Shown here one piece after another: positions 1 through 9,540 of a DNA stretch of 64,000 bases; within the stretch, counting starts at the first letter, position 1; each line of letters opens with the position of its first letter. The notes beneath the pieces are model-generated. The model had not been told where the DNA came from. It made no database searches and saw only the letters and a list, made by a program, of their open reading frames with translations. This DNA is from Terriglobia bacterium (lineage in GTDB: Bacteria; Acidobacteriota; Terriglobia; Acidiferrales; UBA7541), in contig OY968796.1 in the NCBI GenBank assembly GCA_963695545.1, positions 3,296,001 to 3,360,000 of the forward strand, given 5' to 3'. The translations under genes were made by a program, and so were the position numbers.

Positions 1-1262
1 AAGGCAACACTGCGATCTGGATGACCATTTCCTGTGTGCTGTACGTCTTCGCAGTTTTTTCCAAAGAGACCGGGATCGTGCTTCCGTTACTGGTGTTCGC
101 GCATTGCTGGATCTACGGGCCGGTGCAAACCGACGGCGCTGAAGCGCCGGAAGGTGTACGGCGCCTGCTCGCTTGCGTGCGCGCCGTGCTCGTGTACGTG
201 CCGGTTGCTTTGGTTTACCTGGCTGCGCGCGTGCTGGTGCTGCATGGGCTGGCGCATCCTCTGGTGCGTCTGGGATTTCGTCAGGTCATTTTCACGATCC
301 CGTCCATGGTTGGCTTCTACGTGAAGAAGTGGTTTCTGCCCATTCGCCTGAATGAGTTTTACGACATGCCATATTGGGGGACGCTGAATTTCTGGCATGT
401 GATTTTGCCGGCCGTGCTGGTTGTCGCGCTGTTCGCAGCGATTTGGATGGCCAGAAACGAACTCGGCGCGCGGGAAGTGAAGTTTGCGCTGTTTTGGGTG
501 ATTGTTCCCTTGCTGCCGGTGCTGGATTCGCGCATGCTGCCCAAGGACGAAATCGTACACGACCGCTATTTTTATCTGCCAAGCATTGGAGCTGCACTGC
601 TGGTGGCGCTGGTGGTGGACCGCTGGACGCGCGCGCCACGAGGAAAACTGGTCTTCGGCCTTCCCGTCGCTCAGCTCGTGGTTGCGCTGGTGCTGGCCGC
701 GGCGCTGGGCGGCTTGAGCGTCCACGAATCGCAATTCTGGGCCAACAATTACACGCTCTTCCATCGCGCTTACGTTCTGGCGCCGCACAATCCGACGGGC
801 CGCCTCGATTATGGCGCTGAGCTGATCACGCGCGGCGATTTCGCCGACGCGCGAACGGTGTTCGACGCCGCCCTGCTGGAGGATCCGAACGATTCGTCGA
901 TCTACGTAAACCTCGGCCGCATGGCGTATGAGGAGAAAGATTACGCCGCAGCGCAGGACTACTTGCTCCATGCGCTCGCAATCAACAAGAACAACGCCGA
1001 CGCGCACGCGAATCTCGGTCTGGCGCAGTTGCGCATGGACCATTTGGCGGACGCGCTGGGCAATATGAAAAGCGCTGCTGAATTGAGGCCCAACGATCCT
1101 GAATTGCTGTTCGCCTACGGAGTCGCTCTCGAAGCCGACAATAACTGCAGTTTGGCGGCCGACCAATTCCGCGCGGCGCTCGATATTCGTCCGGGCGCTC
1201 CGTACGCCGAGACTCAGCTCATTCGCTGCCAGAAAATACTGGCTCAACCCGCCCAGAACTGA
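1..1262 (+). CDS. TMTC-like GT-C glycosyltransferase with C-terminal TPR repeats (5'-truncated by window edge)
   Basis: TM helices with SKE, 'HDRYFYLPSIG' and 'WANNYTLF' motifs followed by TPR repeats (e.g. ADAHANLGLAQLRMD). Confidence 0.75.
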   Translation, partial: GNTAIWMTISCVLYVFAVFSKETGIVLPLLVFAHCWIYGPVQTDGAEAPEGVRRLLACVRAVLVYVPVALVYLAARVLVLHGLAHPLVRLGFRQVIFTIPSMVGFYVKKWFLPIRLNEFYDMPYWGTLNFWHVILPAVLVVALFAAIWMARNELGAREVKFALFWVIVPLLPVLDSRMLPKDEIVHDRYFYLPSIGAALLVALVVDRWTRAPRGKLVFGLPVAQLVVALVLAAALGGLSVHESQFWANNYTLFHRAYVLAPHNPTGRLDYGAELITRGDFADARTVFDAALLEDPNDSSIYVNLGRMAYEEKDYAAAQDYLLHALAINKNNADAHANLGLAQLRMDHLADALGNMKSAAELRPNDPELLFAYGVALEADNNCSLAADQFRAALDIRPGAPYAETQLIRCQKILAQPAQN

Positions 1263-1342
1263 CGCAACTTGCTTTGTGATTTTCGCGCGGCCCGCTTATG
1301 CTGTCGGTTCGCGCCGGCTGCGCTGCTGCGGCGCGTCAACAC

Positions 1343-2386
1343 GTGAACCAACAATCACCACGTCGCGAAGAAACGCTTCGCGTCCCCTACAAAGAACTCG
1401 AAGCGACACTCGAGCGCGTCCTCGCCAAGATCGGCTTCGAGCCGGCGAGGGCGCATTTGTGCGCCCGGTTATTCGCCGAAACCTCGCGCGACGGCGTTTA
1501 TTCGCACGGCCTCAATCGCTTCCCGCGCTTTCTGGCGATGATCGAAAACGGAATGATCGATATTCACTCGCGCCCCGAGCGAATCGCGGCCGTCGGCTCG
1601 CTCGAGCGTTGGGACGCCAAACTAGGCCCGGGGAATTTGAGCGCGTATGAGTCGATGGCGCGCGCGATTTCTCTCGCGCGTGGATCCGGCTTGGGCTGCG
1701 TGGCGCTGGCGAATACGAATCACTGGATGCGTGGCGGCACGTATGGCTGGCAAGCAGCCGAGGCTGGCGTGATTGGCGTCTGCTGGACCAATACGCTGCC
1801 GAACGTGCCTCCTTGGGGCGCGAGCGACCCGCGCCTTGGTAACAATCCGCTGGTGATCGGCGTGCCTCGCCCAGGCGGTCATGTCGTACTCGATATGGCG
1901 GTCTCCCAGTTTTCGTATGGGGCGCTGGCATCCTATCGCGAGCGCGGCGAATCTTTACCTGTAGAGGGAGGATATGACTGGCAAGGCCGACTGACGCGCG
2001 ATCCCGGCGCTATCGAGGAGTCCGGGCGCGCGCTGCCCATCGGCTATTGGAAAGGCTCGGGGCTATCGCTGGCGCTGGATTTGATGGCCGCGATGCTCTC
2101 CGGCGGTCTTTCCGCGACGCAGCTCTCGAGCGATAGCCTTAAAGAAGGCCGCGTTTCGCAGGTCTTTCTTGCCTTCAATTTGGCCGGGCTCGACCCCAGC
2201 GATTTGCCGGCTCGAATTGCCGAACAAATCGTGAGCTTCGTTCAACTTCCGCCGGGCTCGTCCGGCGAGCGCGTGCGGACGCCGGGCGAAAAGACGCTCG
2301 CTTCGCGGGCCGAAAATCTTCGCTTGGGAGTGCCGGTGGACGCGAAGATTTGGAGCGACGTCCGGGCACTCAGCCAGGGAAGTTGA
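1343..2386 (+). CDS. yiaK: 3-dehydro-L-gulonate 2-dehydrogenase (Ldh_2 family)
   Basis: GVYSHGLNRFPRF, NTNHWMRGGTYGWQAA, GNNP and PIGYWKGSGLS motifs; start uncertain (GTG 1343 or ATG 1298). Confidence 0.88.
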   Translation: MNQQSPRREETLRVPYKELEATLERVLAKIGFEPARAHLCARLFAETSRDGVYSHGLNRFPRFLAMIENGMIDIHSRPERIAAVGSLERWDAKLGPGNLSAYESMARAISLARGSGLGCVALANTNHWMRGGTYGWQAAEAGVIGVCWTNTLPNVPPWGASDPRLGNNPLVIGVPRPGGHVVLDMAVSQFSYGALASYRERGESLPVEGGYDWQGRLTRDPGAIEESGRALPIGYWKGSGLSLALDLMAAMLSGGLSATQLSSDSLKEGRVSQVFLAFNLAGLDPSDLPARIAEQIVSFVQLPPGSSGERVRTPGEKTLASRAENLRLGVPVDAKIWSDVRALSQGS

Positions 2387-2463
2387 ACACAGGTTTCCGC
2401 CCACGCACCTCCCGCGATTTGTCCGGCTTTGGCTGCCTGTGGGGTTGCGATACACTTCAAGCA

Positions 2464-3678
2464 ATGGCCGATTACGTTTGCAAAGTAGCTGATTCCAGCG
2501 GCCGCGTGTTCTCCCAGGTGGAGGCGGCTCAGTCGGTTGTGGAGGCTCGCCAGAAGCTCGCAGATCGGGGCCTATTCGTTTATTCGGTCAAATCGCGCGG
2601 CGGATTGGCGGCTCGCCTGTTTCAGCGGCGCAGCGACCGGACCGTCTCCGGCACCGATTTCCTGGTTTTCAATCAACAGTTCAACACGCTGATCAAGGCC
2701 GGAATTCCGATCTTGAAGTCGCTCGATCTATTGGCGGACCGCGCTGCATCGCCGCGTCTGCGCCCCGTTCTCGGAGAGGTGCGGCGCCGCGTCAAGGAAG
2801 GCGTCCCGCTCTCGGAGGCCCTCGAACAAGAGGGTGTCTTCTCGAAGGTTTACACGACGGCAGTGCTGGCTGGCGAGAAAAGCGGCAATCTTTCTGGCGT
2901 GCTCGATTTTTACATCGCGTATCAGCGCGTTTCGATGGGCACGCGCAAACGGCTGCTGCAAACTTTGATTTACCCGGCGATTTTGATCGTGGTTGCGACG
3001 CTCATCGTCAGCTATCTGGTCGGCTATGTGATTCCGCAGTTCTCGCAACTCTACGCCGATTTGGGTGTTCAATTACCTGCAGCCACGCAATTCCTGATCG
3101 CGCTGACGGTCACGCACCGCTGGGCGCTGTACTCGGTCGTGGGGTCGATTGCCGTGATTATTTTAGCTCTCGCGCTATGGACGCGCACGGAATCGGGCGC
3201 TCTCACTGTTGACCGGGTAAAACTAAAACTTCCGGTCGTCGGCGAGACCTGGATCAAGTTTCAAATCGCGCAGTTCTGCCGCACGCTTTCGACGCTGCAA
3301 GCCGGCGGCACTCCGCTGGTGGCCGCGATGGACACGGCGGCGGGATCGGTCTCGAGCCGGCTGATTGCGGGCGGAATCACGCGGGCGGCGCAACTCGTGC
3401 GCGAAGGCCAGCAGCTGCACACCGCGCTCGGTTCGACCGGCCTGATGCCCGAGCTGGCGCTGGAAATGATTGAAGTCGGCGAGGCCAGCGGCGCCCTATC
3501 GCCCATGCTCGGCAGCGTGGCGGAATTCTATGAAGAAGACGTGAACCTGCGGCTGCAAACGCTTATTTCAATTGTCGAACCTGCGATTTTGATCTTAATG
3601 GCGGTTCTGATAGCCTTTATCCTTATCGCGCTTTATCTGCCGCTTTTCTCGATTTCGAGCGGAACTGCGGCGTCATAA
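2464..3678 (+). CDS. pilC: Type IV pilus/T2SS inner-membrane platform protein PilC/GspF
   Basis: Two T2SSF repeats, GEKSGNL, YPAIL, GEASGAL and EP motifs; ATG at 2464. Confidence 0.88.
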   Translation: MADYVCKVADSSGRVFSQVEAAQSVVEARQKLADRGLFVYSVKSRGGLAARLFQRRSDRTVSGTDFLVFNQQFNTLIKAGIPILKSLDLLADRAASPRLRPVLGEVRRRVKEGVPLSEALEQEGVFSKVYTTAVLAGEKSGNLSGVLDFYIAYQRVSMGTRKRLLQTLIYPAILIVVATLIVSYLVGYVIPQFSQLYADLGVQLPAATQFLIALTVTHRWALYSVVGSIAVIILALALWTRTESGALTVDRVKLKLPVVGETWIKFQIAQFCRTLSTLQAGGTPLVAAMDTAAGSVSSRLIAGGITRAAQLVREGQQLHTALGSTGLMPELALEMIEVGEASGALSPMLGSVAEFYEEDVNLRLQTLISIVEPAILILMAVLIAFILIALYLPLFSISSGTAAS

Positions 3679-3684
3679 CCTCCT

Positions 3685-5316
3685 ATGAGCACAACAGAGC
3701 ACAAAGTGAGTTCGGATCTAACTGCCGAAGTGCAGGCCGAGCGGGAGCGTGCCCGTCTGCTCGCGGAGCGCTATCGCTTTCCCTTCGTGGACCTGGACGC
3801 GCAGCGCATCGATCCGGAACTCTTCCGCAGAATTCCCGCCGACTTAATGTTTCGGTTCAATTTCGTGCCGCTCGAAGAGCGCGATCGAGAGCTTGTGGTG
3901 GCCGTGGCCGATCCGGGCCAGGTGTTGCACTCGGACGAGTTGCCGCTCCTGCTGGGCAAAAAACTGGTGTTGCAGGTGGCCACGCCCAAGCAGATCAGCG
4001 ACTTGCTGAAGCGCACCGAGCAATCCCAGCGCGTTCTCGAGCAGGCCACCGAAGCGTTCACGCTTCAAGTCGTCGCGGACGAAGCCGAGGGCGACGAAAC
4101 AATTTCGGCCGATCGGTTGACGCGCGATTCGGCGATCAGTCCTGTGGTGAAGCTAGTGGACACGGTGATCTTCACTGCGCTCGAACGGCGCGCGAGCGAC
4201 ATTCACATCGAAGCGCGGGACATTGAAGTCGTGGTGAAGTATCGCATTGACGGCGTGCTGGTGTACGCCATGTCTCCCATCGCCAAGGAATGGCACTCCA
4301 CGATTCTGTCGCGCATCAAGGTGATGAGCGAACTCGATATCGCCGAGCGCCGCGTTCCGCAGGACGGCCGTTTCCGCGTGCGCTACAAGGGCCGCTTCGT
4401 GGATTTCCGCGTCTCCATCATGCCTTCAATTCACGGCGAAGACGCGGTTCTGCGCGTTCTCGATAAAGAAACGCTTTCGGAGAAATTCCAGAAGCTGAGC
4501 CTAGACATCGTCGGTTTCGACGAAGAAGATTTGCGCAAAATTCGCCGCTACATCCGCGAGCCGTACGGCATGGTGCTGGTTACCGGGCCAACCGGTTCCG
4601 GCAAGACCACCACGCTCTACGCCGCGATCAACGAAATCAAAACCGACGAAGATAAAATCATCACCATCGAAGATCCCGTCGAATACCAGGTGCGCGGCAT
4701 CACGCAGATTCCTGTGAACGAAAAAAAGGGACTCACGTTCGCGCGCGGCCTGCGCTCGATCCTGCGTCACGATCCCGACAAAATCATGGTCGGCGAAATC
4801 CGCGACGAAGAAACCGCGCAGATCGCCATCCAGTCCGCTCTCACCGGCCATCTTGTTTTCACCACCGTTCACGCCAACAACGTCACCGACGTGATCGGCC
4901 GGTTCATCAACATGGGTGTCGAGCCGTACAATTTCGTTTCCGCTCTGAATTGCATTCTGGCGCAGCGCCTGGTGCGCTTGATTTGCGCGCATTGCCGGCG
5001 TGCCGTGCGTTATCCGGCCGACGTGCTTCGGGCCTCCGGATTGGATCCTGAGATCTGGGGCACTGTGCAATTCGCTGAAGGCGCGGGATGCATCGAGTGT
5101 TCGGGCACGGGCTTCCGCGGACGCACGGCCATCTCCGAGTTGCTGGATCTTTCCGATTCGATTCGCGAAATGATCGTTGGCCGCCGGCCGACCTCGGAAA
5201 TCAAGCGCGCGGCGCGCGACGCGGGAATGACCTTCCTGCGCGATTCCGCCCTCGCCAAAGTGCGCGCCGGGATCACCACCCTCAAAGAAATCAACAAGGT
5301 TACCTTCATTGAGTAG
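3685..5316 (+). CDS. pilB: PilB/GspE assembly ATPase
   Basis: ASDIHIE, ERRVPQDGR, Walker A GPTGSGKT, TIEDPVE, GEIRD, TGHLVFTTVHAN, CxxC...CxxC Zn motif. Confidence 0.92.
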   Translation: MSTTEHKVSSDLTAEVQAERERARLLAERYRFPFVDLDAQRIDPELFRRIPADLMFRFNFVPLEERDRELVVAVADPGQVLHSDELPLLLGKKLVLQVATPKQISDLLKRTEQSQRVLEQATEAFTLQVVADEAEGDETISADRLTRDSAISPVVKLVDTVIFTALERRASDIHIEARDIEVVVKYRIDGVLVYAMSPIAKEWHSTILSRIKVMSELDIAERRVPQDGRFRVRYKGRFVDFRVSIMPSIHGEDAVLRVLDKETLSEKFQKLSLDIVGFDEEDLRKIRRYIREPYGMVLVTGPTGSGKTTTLYAAINEIKTDEDKIITIEDPVEYQVRGITQIPVNEKKGLTFARGLRSILRHDPDKIMVGEIRDEETAQIAIQSALTGHLVFTTVHANNVTDVIGRFINMGVEPYNFVSALNCILAQRLVRLICAHCRRAVRYPADVLRASGLDPEIWGTVQFAEGAGCIECSGTGFRGRTAISELLDLSDSIREMIVGRRPTSEIKRAARDAGMTFLRDSALAKVRAGITTLKEINKVTFIE

Positions 5317-6292
5317 CGCCTCGGGAATACGCCAGGGAATCTATCAGAGTGGTATCGTGCGCCGCGTTTCCACCTGGCTTGACGTCACTCCTCATCCGTT
5401 GCTGGCCTGCGAAATCTCAACCGAAGCGGTGACTGCTGCGCGTTGGGCGCGCGCGGGCGGAGGCCTCGAAGGCGTGGCCGTCGAGCCGCTTCCCGCCGGC
5501 GCGGTGGTGGCCACGGCTGTCGAAACCAATCTCGCCGACGCGAATGCGGTGCGCGCCGCGGTTGGGCGGGCATTCGAGCGCTTGAAAGCCAAGCCGCAGG
5601 AAGTCGCCCTGCTCGTGCCGGACGCCGTGATACGAGTATTCGTTCTGCATTTCGACGTGTTCCCGCGTTCACCCGCGGAAGCGCTGCCCATGCTTCGCTG
5701 GCGCCTCAAGAAAAGTGTTCCGTTTGAAGCCGAGGAAACGCTGATCTCCTACATGCGGCAGGCCCCGATCGAAGAAGGCGTGGACGTGGTCACGGGCCTC
5801 GCGCGTTTGCGAATCATCCGCGAGTATGAATCTTTGATGGAATCAGCCGGCATGGCCCCGGGCGTGGTGATGACCTCAACGTTGGCCGTGCTTCCGCTGC
5901 TCGACGATCGCCGGCCCGTGCTGCTGGCGCGCGTCGCCGGCAGAAGTCTGGCCACCGCGATCGTGCGCAGCGGCGCGCTGTGCGGATATCGCTGCATCGA
6001 ATTGCCCGCCACGCTTCCGCATCTTTCTCCGCAAGCGCTGCTCGATGAAATCGTGCCGCTGGCGGCTTATTATCAGGATTCCTGGCACGAAAGCGTCGGC
6101 CTGGTGCGCCTATCCGGTTTCGGCGCGCGGCTTACGGAATTCGCCACCGCGCTCGAAGGCGAGCTCAATTGCCCGGTCGGATCGCTTCTTTCCGCTGCCG
6201 CATCGGAGGGACGCCTGAGCGACGATGCGCGCCCGCTCATCGAGCGCGAACTCGATGCGCTGGTAGGATGGTCGCTCAACCGCGGGGCGTGA
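5309..6292 (+). CDS. pilM: PilM-like actin-fold pilus assembly protein
   Basis: Follows pilB and precedes PilN-like gene; 'RWRLKKSVPF' and 'LSG' motifs; TTG start overlaps pilB. Confidence 0.65.
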   Translation: MSSASGIRQGIYQSGIVRRVSTWLDVTPHPLLACEISTEAVTAARWARAGGGLEGVAVEPLPAGAVVATAVETNLADANAVRAAVGRAFERLKAKPQEVALLVPDAVIRVFVLHFDVFPRSPAEALPMLRWRLKKSVPFEAEETLISYMRQAPIEEGVDVVTGLARLRIIREYESLMESAGMAPGVVMTSTLAVLPLLDDRRPVLLARVAGRSLATAIVRSGALCGYRCIELPATLPHLSPQALLDEIVPLAAYYQDSWHESVGLVRLSGFGARLTEFATALEGELNCPVGSLLSAAASEGRLSDDARPLIERELDALVGWSLNRGA

Positions 6293-6317
6293 ATCCCGCC
6301 CGGGACGCACTCGATCC

Positions 6318-6896
6318 ATGAGAGCACGCCTCAATCTCGCCACCGCTCCGCTGGTCAGCAACCGGCGCTTCACCGTGGGCGCTTCCATCATCGGCTCGGT
6401 GGCCATCGTCGTAATGTTCGTGCTCGCGTGGGACGCGTACCAAGCCAGGCGCGGTGATACCGAATTCCGCCAGCGCCAAGCCGAACTTGTCACGCAGATC
6501 AGCGCGCTGCAGGCGCACCACGATGAGCTGGCCGCCTATTTCAATCGGCCGGACACCGTGAAGGACCGCGAACTGTCCGGTTATCTCAATAGCCTGATCG
6601 AGCAGCGCAGTTTCCCCTGGACCAAGGTTTTCATGGACCTTGAGCACACCCTTCCCGAAGGCGTGCACGTGGTCTCGATCGAGCCGCGCCTTGAAGGCGA
6701 TCAGGTTCAGTTGAGTTTGACGATCGGGGCGATCGACGATGAAGCGAAACTAAAATTTCTGAAGGCGCTCGAAAGTTCTCCGGAATTTTCGCAGCTTCAA
6801 GTGCTTTCCGAAACGCGGCCCACCCGGCCTCCGGGAGGGCAAGCGGAGCCGGATCAAGTCGAGCTCAGACTGACCGCGTGGTATTCGACGATTTAG
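6318..6896 (+). CDS. pilN: PilN-like protein
   Basis: N-terminal 'LNLA' PilM-binding motif, TM helix, coiled coil, 'W...L...LPEGV' ferredoxin-like domain. Confidence 0.75.
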   Translation: MRARLNLATAPLVSNRRFTVGASIIGSVAIVVMFVLAWDAYQARRGDTEFRQRQAELVTQISALQAHHDELAAYFNRPDTVKDRELSGYLNSLIEQRSFPWTKVFMDLEHTLPEGVHVVSIEPRLEGDQVQLSLTIGAIDDEAKLKFLKALESSPEFSQLQVLSETRPTRPPGGQAEPDQVELRLTAWYSTI

Positions 6897-7439
6897 ATGA
6901 ACGCAAACATCGATCGGCGAAAGACGATTGTCCGCTGGGCCTTGGCGGCGGTAATTGTGGTGGATCTCGGTCTCGCCGGCCTAAATTGGCAGATGGCTCG
7001 CACTCCACACGCGCCGCGCGGTGAACTCGCGCGCCTGGAACTCCAGCGCAAGATGATGACCGCCGACGTCAGCCGCGGCGAGGAGATTCGCAAAGATTTG
7101 CCCGGCGTCGATCAGCAATGCGATCTTTTCTTCCAGGATCAATTTCGCCCGGTCGGAACGGGATATTCCGGACTGATTTCCGACCTCGGCTCGATCGCCA
7201 GCGAGGCCGGCCTGAGGGCCGATGCCACCACGTTCACGCAGCATAAGCCCGATGAGCATGGCGTCGTCGAACTCGACATCGGTGAGAGTGTCGAAGGCAG
7301 CTATCCCAGCGTGGTGGCCTTCCTGAACGGCCTCGAGCGTTCACACGGCTTTTATATTCTCGACGGCCTCTCGCTCAGTTCGAGCCACGAGGGAAGTCTG
7401 AAGCTTTCGCTGCAATTGCGGACGTTTTTCCGGAGCTAA
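6897..7439 (+). CDS. pilO: PilO/GspM-like protein
   Basis: TM helix, coiled coil, 'VEGSYPSVVAFLNGLE' motif; position after pilN. Confidence 0.72.
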   Translation: MNANIDRRKTIVRWALAAVIVVDLGLAGLNWQMARTPHAPRGELARLELQRKMMTADVSRGEEIRKDLPGVDQQCDLFFQDQFRPVGTGYSGLISDLGSIASEAGLRADATTFTQHKPDEHGVVELDIGESVEGSYPSVVAFLNGLERSHGFYILDGLSLSSSHEGSLKLSLQLRTFFRS

Positions 7440-7441
7440 GG

Positions 7442-7996
7442 ATGACGCGACGCACGCAGATCATCGTGCTCTGTGTTCTGCTGGGCGTGTTCGCGCTGGC
7501 GCTTTACATCGAATTCCGCCCCGAATCCGGCAACGTGTCGTTCGCTCCTCCGCCCACCTCCGTGCAGCAATACGTTCCGCTGCAAGTGGAAAATCCCGCG
7601 CTGCGGCTCGATGAGATTGCTCGGGTGCACAGACTTGAATACACCGGCGTGCATCGCAACATTTTCAGCGCGACAATTCCACCTCCGCCTCCGCCGAAAC
7701 TCACCCCGGCGCAAATCAAGGCCCAGCAGGAAGCCGAGGCCAATCGGCCCCCGCCGCCTCCGCCTCCGCTTGACGTTCCGGCCACGTTTTTCGGTTACGT
7801 CACCGATGCGCGCACCGGGCACAAACAGGCATTTTTCACTAACGGCGACGACGTATTCATCGCCGGCGAAGGCGAGCTTCTGCTGGGCAGATTCCGGGTG
7901 CTGAAAATCGGCAATGACACGGCGGAAGTCGAGGAAGTCTCAAGCGGCCGCCGCGCGACCTTGACAATGCAGCAGGACGCCGCGCCGGCCGGATAA
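7442..7996 (+). CDS. Proline-rich membrane-anchored protein, PilP/GspC-like
   Basis: N-terminal TM, 'RNIF' motif, poly-Pro linkers, C-terminal beta domain (GEGELLLGRFRVLKI); position after pilO. Confidence 0.55.
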   Translation: MTRRTQIIVLCVLLGVFALALYIEFRPESGNVSFAPPPTSVQQYVPLQVENPALRLDEIARVHRLEYTGVHRNIFSATIPPPPPPKLTPAQIKAQQEAEANRPPPPPPPLDVPATFFGYVTDARTGHKQAFFTNGDDVFIAGEGELLLGRFRVLKIGNDTAEVEEVSSGRRATLTMQQDAAPAG

Positions 7997-8875
7997 ATGC
8001 TGTTTCTGAAGATGAAAACTCAATCCAATTCGCGCCTGCGCAATTCTGAGTCCGGCTACACGCTGCTGATCGCCCTGCTGATCGTGGCGACCATCCTCTT
8101 GATCACCGCCGCCGCCGCTCCCAATATTTTCACGGAGGGCCGGCGCGATCGCGACGAGGAAATGATTTGGCGCGGCCAGCAGTACACTCGCGCCATCGGC
8201 CTTTATTACAAAAAGTACGGCCACTATCCGCACACCATCGACGACCTCACCAAGTCGGACACGCAGATTCGCTTCTTGCGCAAAGCCTACAAAGACCCAA
8301 TGAACACTGACGACGGAAGCTGGCGCCTGATTTACGTCGGCCCCGGCGGAGCGTTGATCAACAGCGTGATGTACACGAACATCGCGCAGGTCGGCCTGCC
8401 GCCGGGGTCGTTTGCGCCCCCGGGTGCCGGGCTCGGCGATCAGGACAACTCTTCCGCAGCGCAGACGCCTTCTGGCGAAACAAGCGGCACGGCTTCTGGC
8501 ACCGCTGGCGCAACGTCTGGTTCGACAATGGGAGCGACGGGCGCGGGGGCGGCGCCTGGAGCCGCGGGATTCAGCGACGAATCGCAGCCGACGTCACTTC
8601 AAGGCGATGTGATTGGTGGAAATCTGGTCGGCGTAGGCAGCAAAGTGAAAAAACCGTCGATCAAGGTTTACAACGGCGGAACGACCTACTACGAGTGGGA
8701 GTTCATCTGGAAGCCGCAGCAAGGAGCGCTGGGTGCAGGCGCTACGCCAACTCCTGCCGCGGCCGGCGCGACACCGATCCCCTCCGGCACATCGACTCCG
8801 ACAACAACCCAGCCCGCGCCCGGCGGCACGACTCCGGATCAAAGTCAGCAACCGCCGCCCGCGCCGGGTCCTTGA
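7997..8875 (+). CDS. Minor pilin/pseudopilin-like protein (GspK/PilX type)
   Basis: Class III signal 'SESG|YTLLIALL' without Glu+5, hydrophobic helix, 'FLRKAYKDPM', Ser/Thr/Pro-rich tail. Confidence 0.7.
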   Translation: MLFLKMKTQSNSRLRNSESGYTLLIALLIVATILLITAAAAPNIFTEGRRDRDEEMIWRGQQYTRAIGLYYKKYGHYPHTIDDLTKSDTQIRFLRKAYKDPMNTDDGSWRLIYVGPGGALINSVMYTNIAQVGLPPGSFAPPGAGLGDQDNSSAAQTPSGETSGTASGTAGATSGSTMGATGAGAAPGAAGFSDESQPTSLQGDVIGGNLVGVGSKVKKPSIKVYNGGTTYYEWEFIWKPQQGALGAGATPTPAAAGATPIPSGTSTPTTTQPAPGGTTPDQSQQPPPAPGP

Positions 8876-8910
8876 TCGCAAGAATCGCAGCGCGATCGGG
8901 CGATAGTCCC

Positions 8911-9540
8911 TTACTTGTTTTCAGTTTGAGTGAACCGCTCGGTGACGCGCCGCACATAATTCTGCGTCTCGGGGTAGGGAGGCACGCCGCCATATTGCAC
9001 CACGCGATCGGGCCCGGCGTTGTAAGCGGCCAGAGCGAGCGTGACATTCTGTCCGTAGCGATCGAGCAGCTCCTTCAGATAGCGCGTGCCCGCATCAATA
9101 TTCTGCCGCGGATCGAACACGTCAGCCACGCGATAGCGCGCCACGATTTCCGGGCGCAGCTGCATCAATCCGCGCGCCAGCCGCGGCGAAACCGCGCGCG
9201 CCTGGAAATTCGATTCCGCTGCAATCACCGCGATCACCAGATTCGCGTCCACGCCGTAACGCAGCGCAGCCGCCGCGATCTCGTCGGAGTAGGGCGAATT
9301 TTGCTGCGGCGCGAGCGCGGGAGTAAAAATTTCCTCGGGCTCAACGTGATCTAACTCGGAGGCCGGAATCTCCACGCTCCCGCCCTCGATCGTCAGGCGC
9401 ACGGTTGCGCCAAGCATTTCGTATCCCGTGATGCGCAGCCGTTGTCCCGTGCGCAAGACGGCGTAATCCGCGCGCGCGGCCGGCGCGGCGCACGCCAGGA
9501 AGAATGCCGTGAAGATCGCTGCGAGAACGGCGCGCTTCAT
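8911..9540 (-). CDS. Lytic transglycosylase (SLT domain), exported
   Basis: Signal peptide MKRAVLAA; AES, GLMQL, ALAAYNAG and ETQNYV motifs; true start ATG 9540. Confidence 0.9.
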   Translation of the reverse strand: MKRAVLAAIFTAFFLACAAPAARADYAVLRTGQRLRITGYEMLGATVRLTIEGGSVEIPASELDHVEPEEIFTPALAPQQNSPYSDEIAAAALRYGVDANLVIAVIAAESNFQARAVSPRLARGLMQLRPEIVARYRVADVFDPRQNIDAGTRYLKELLDRYGQNVTLALAAYNAGPDRVVQYGGVPPYPETQNYVRRVTERFTQTENK

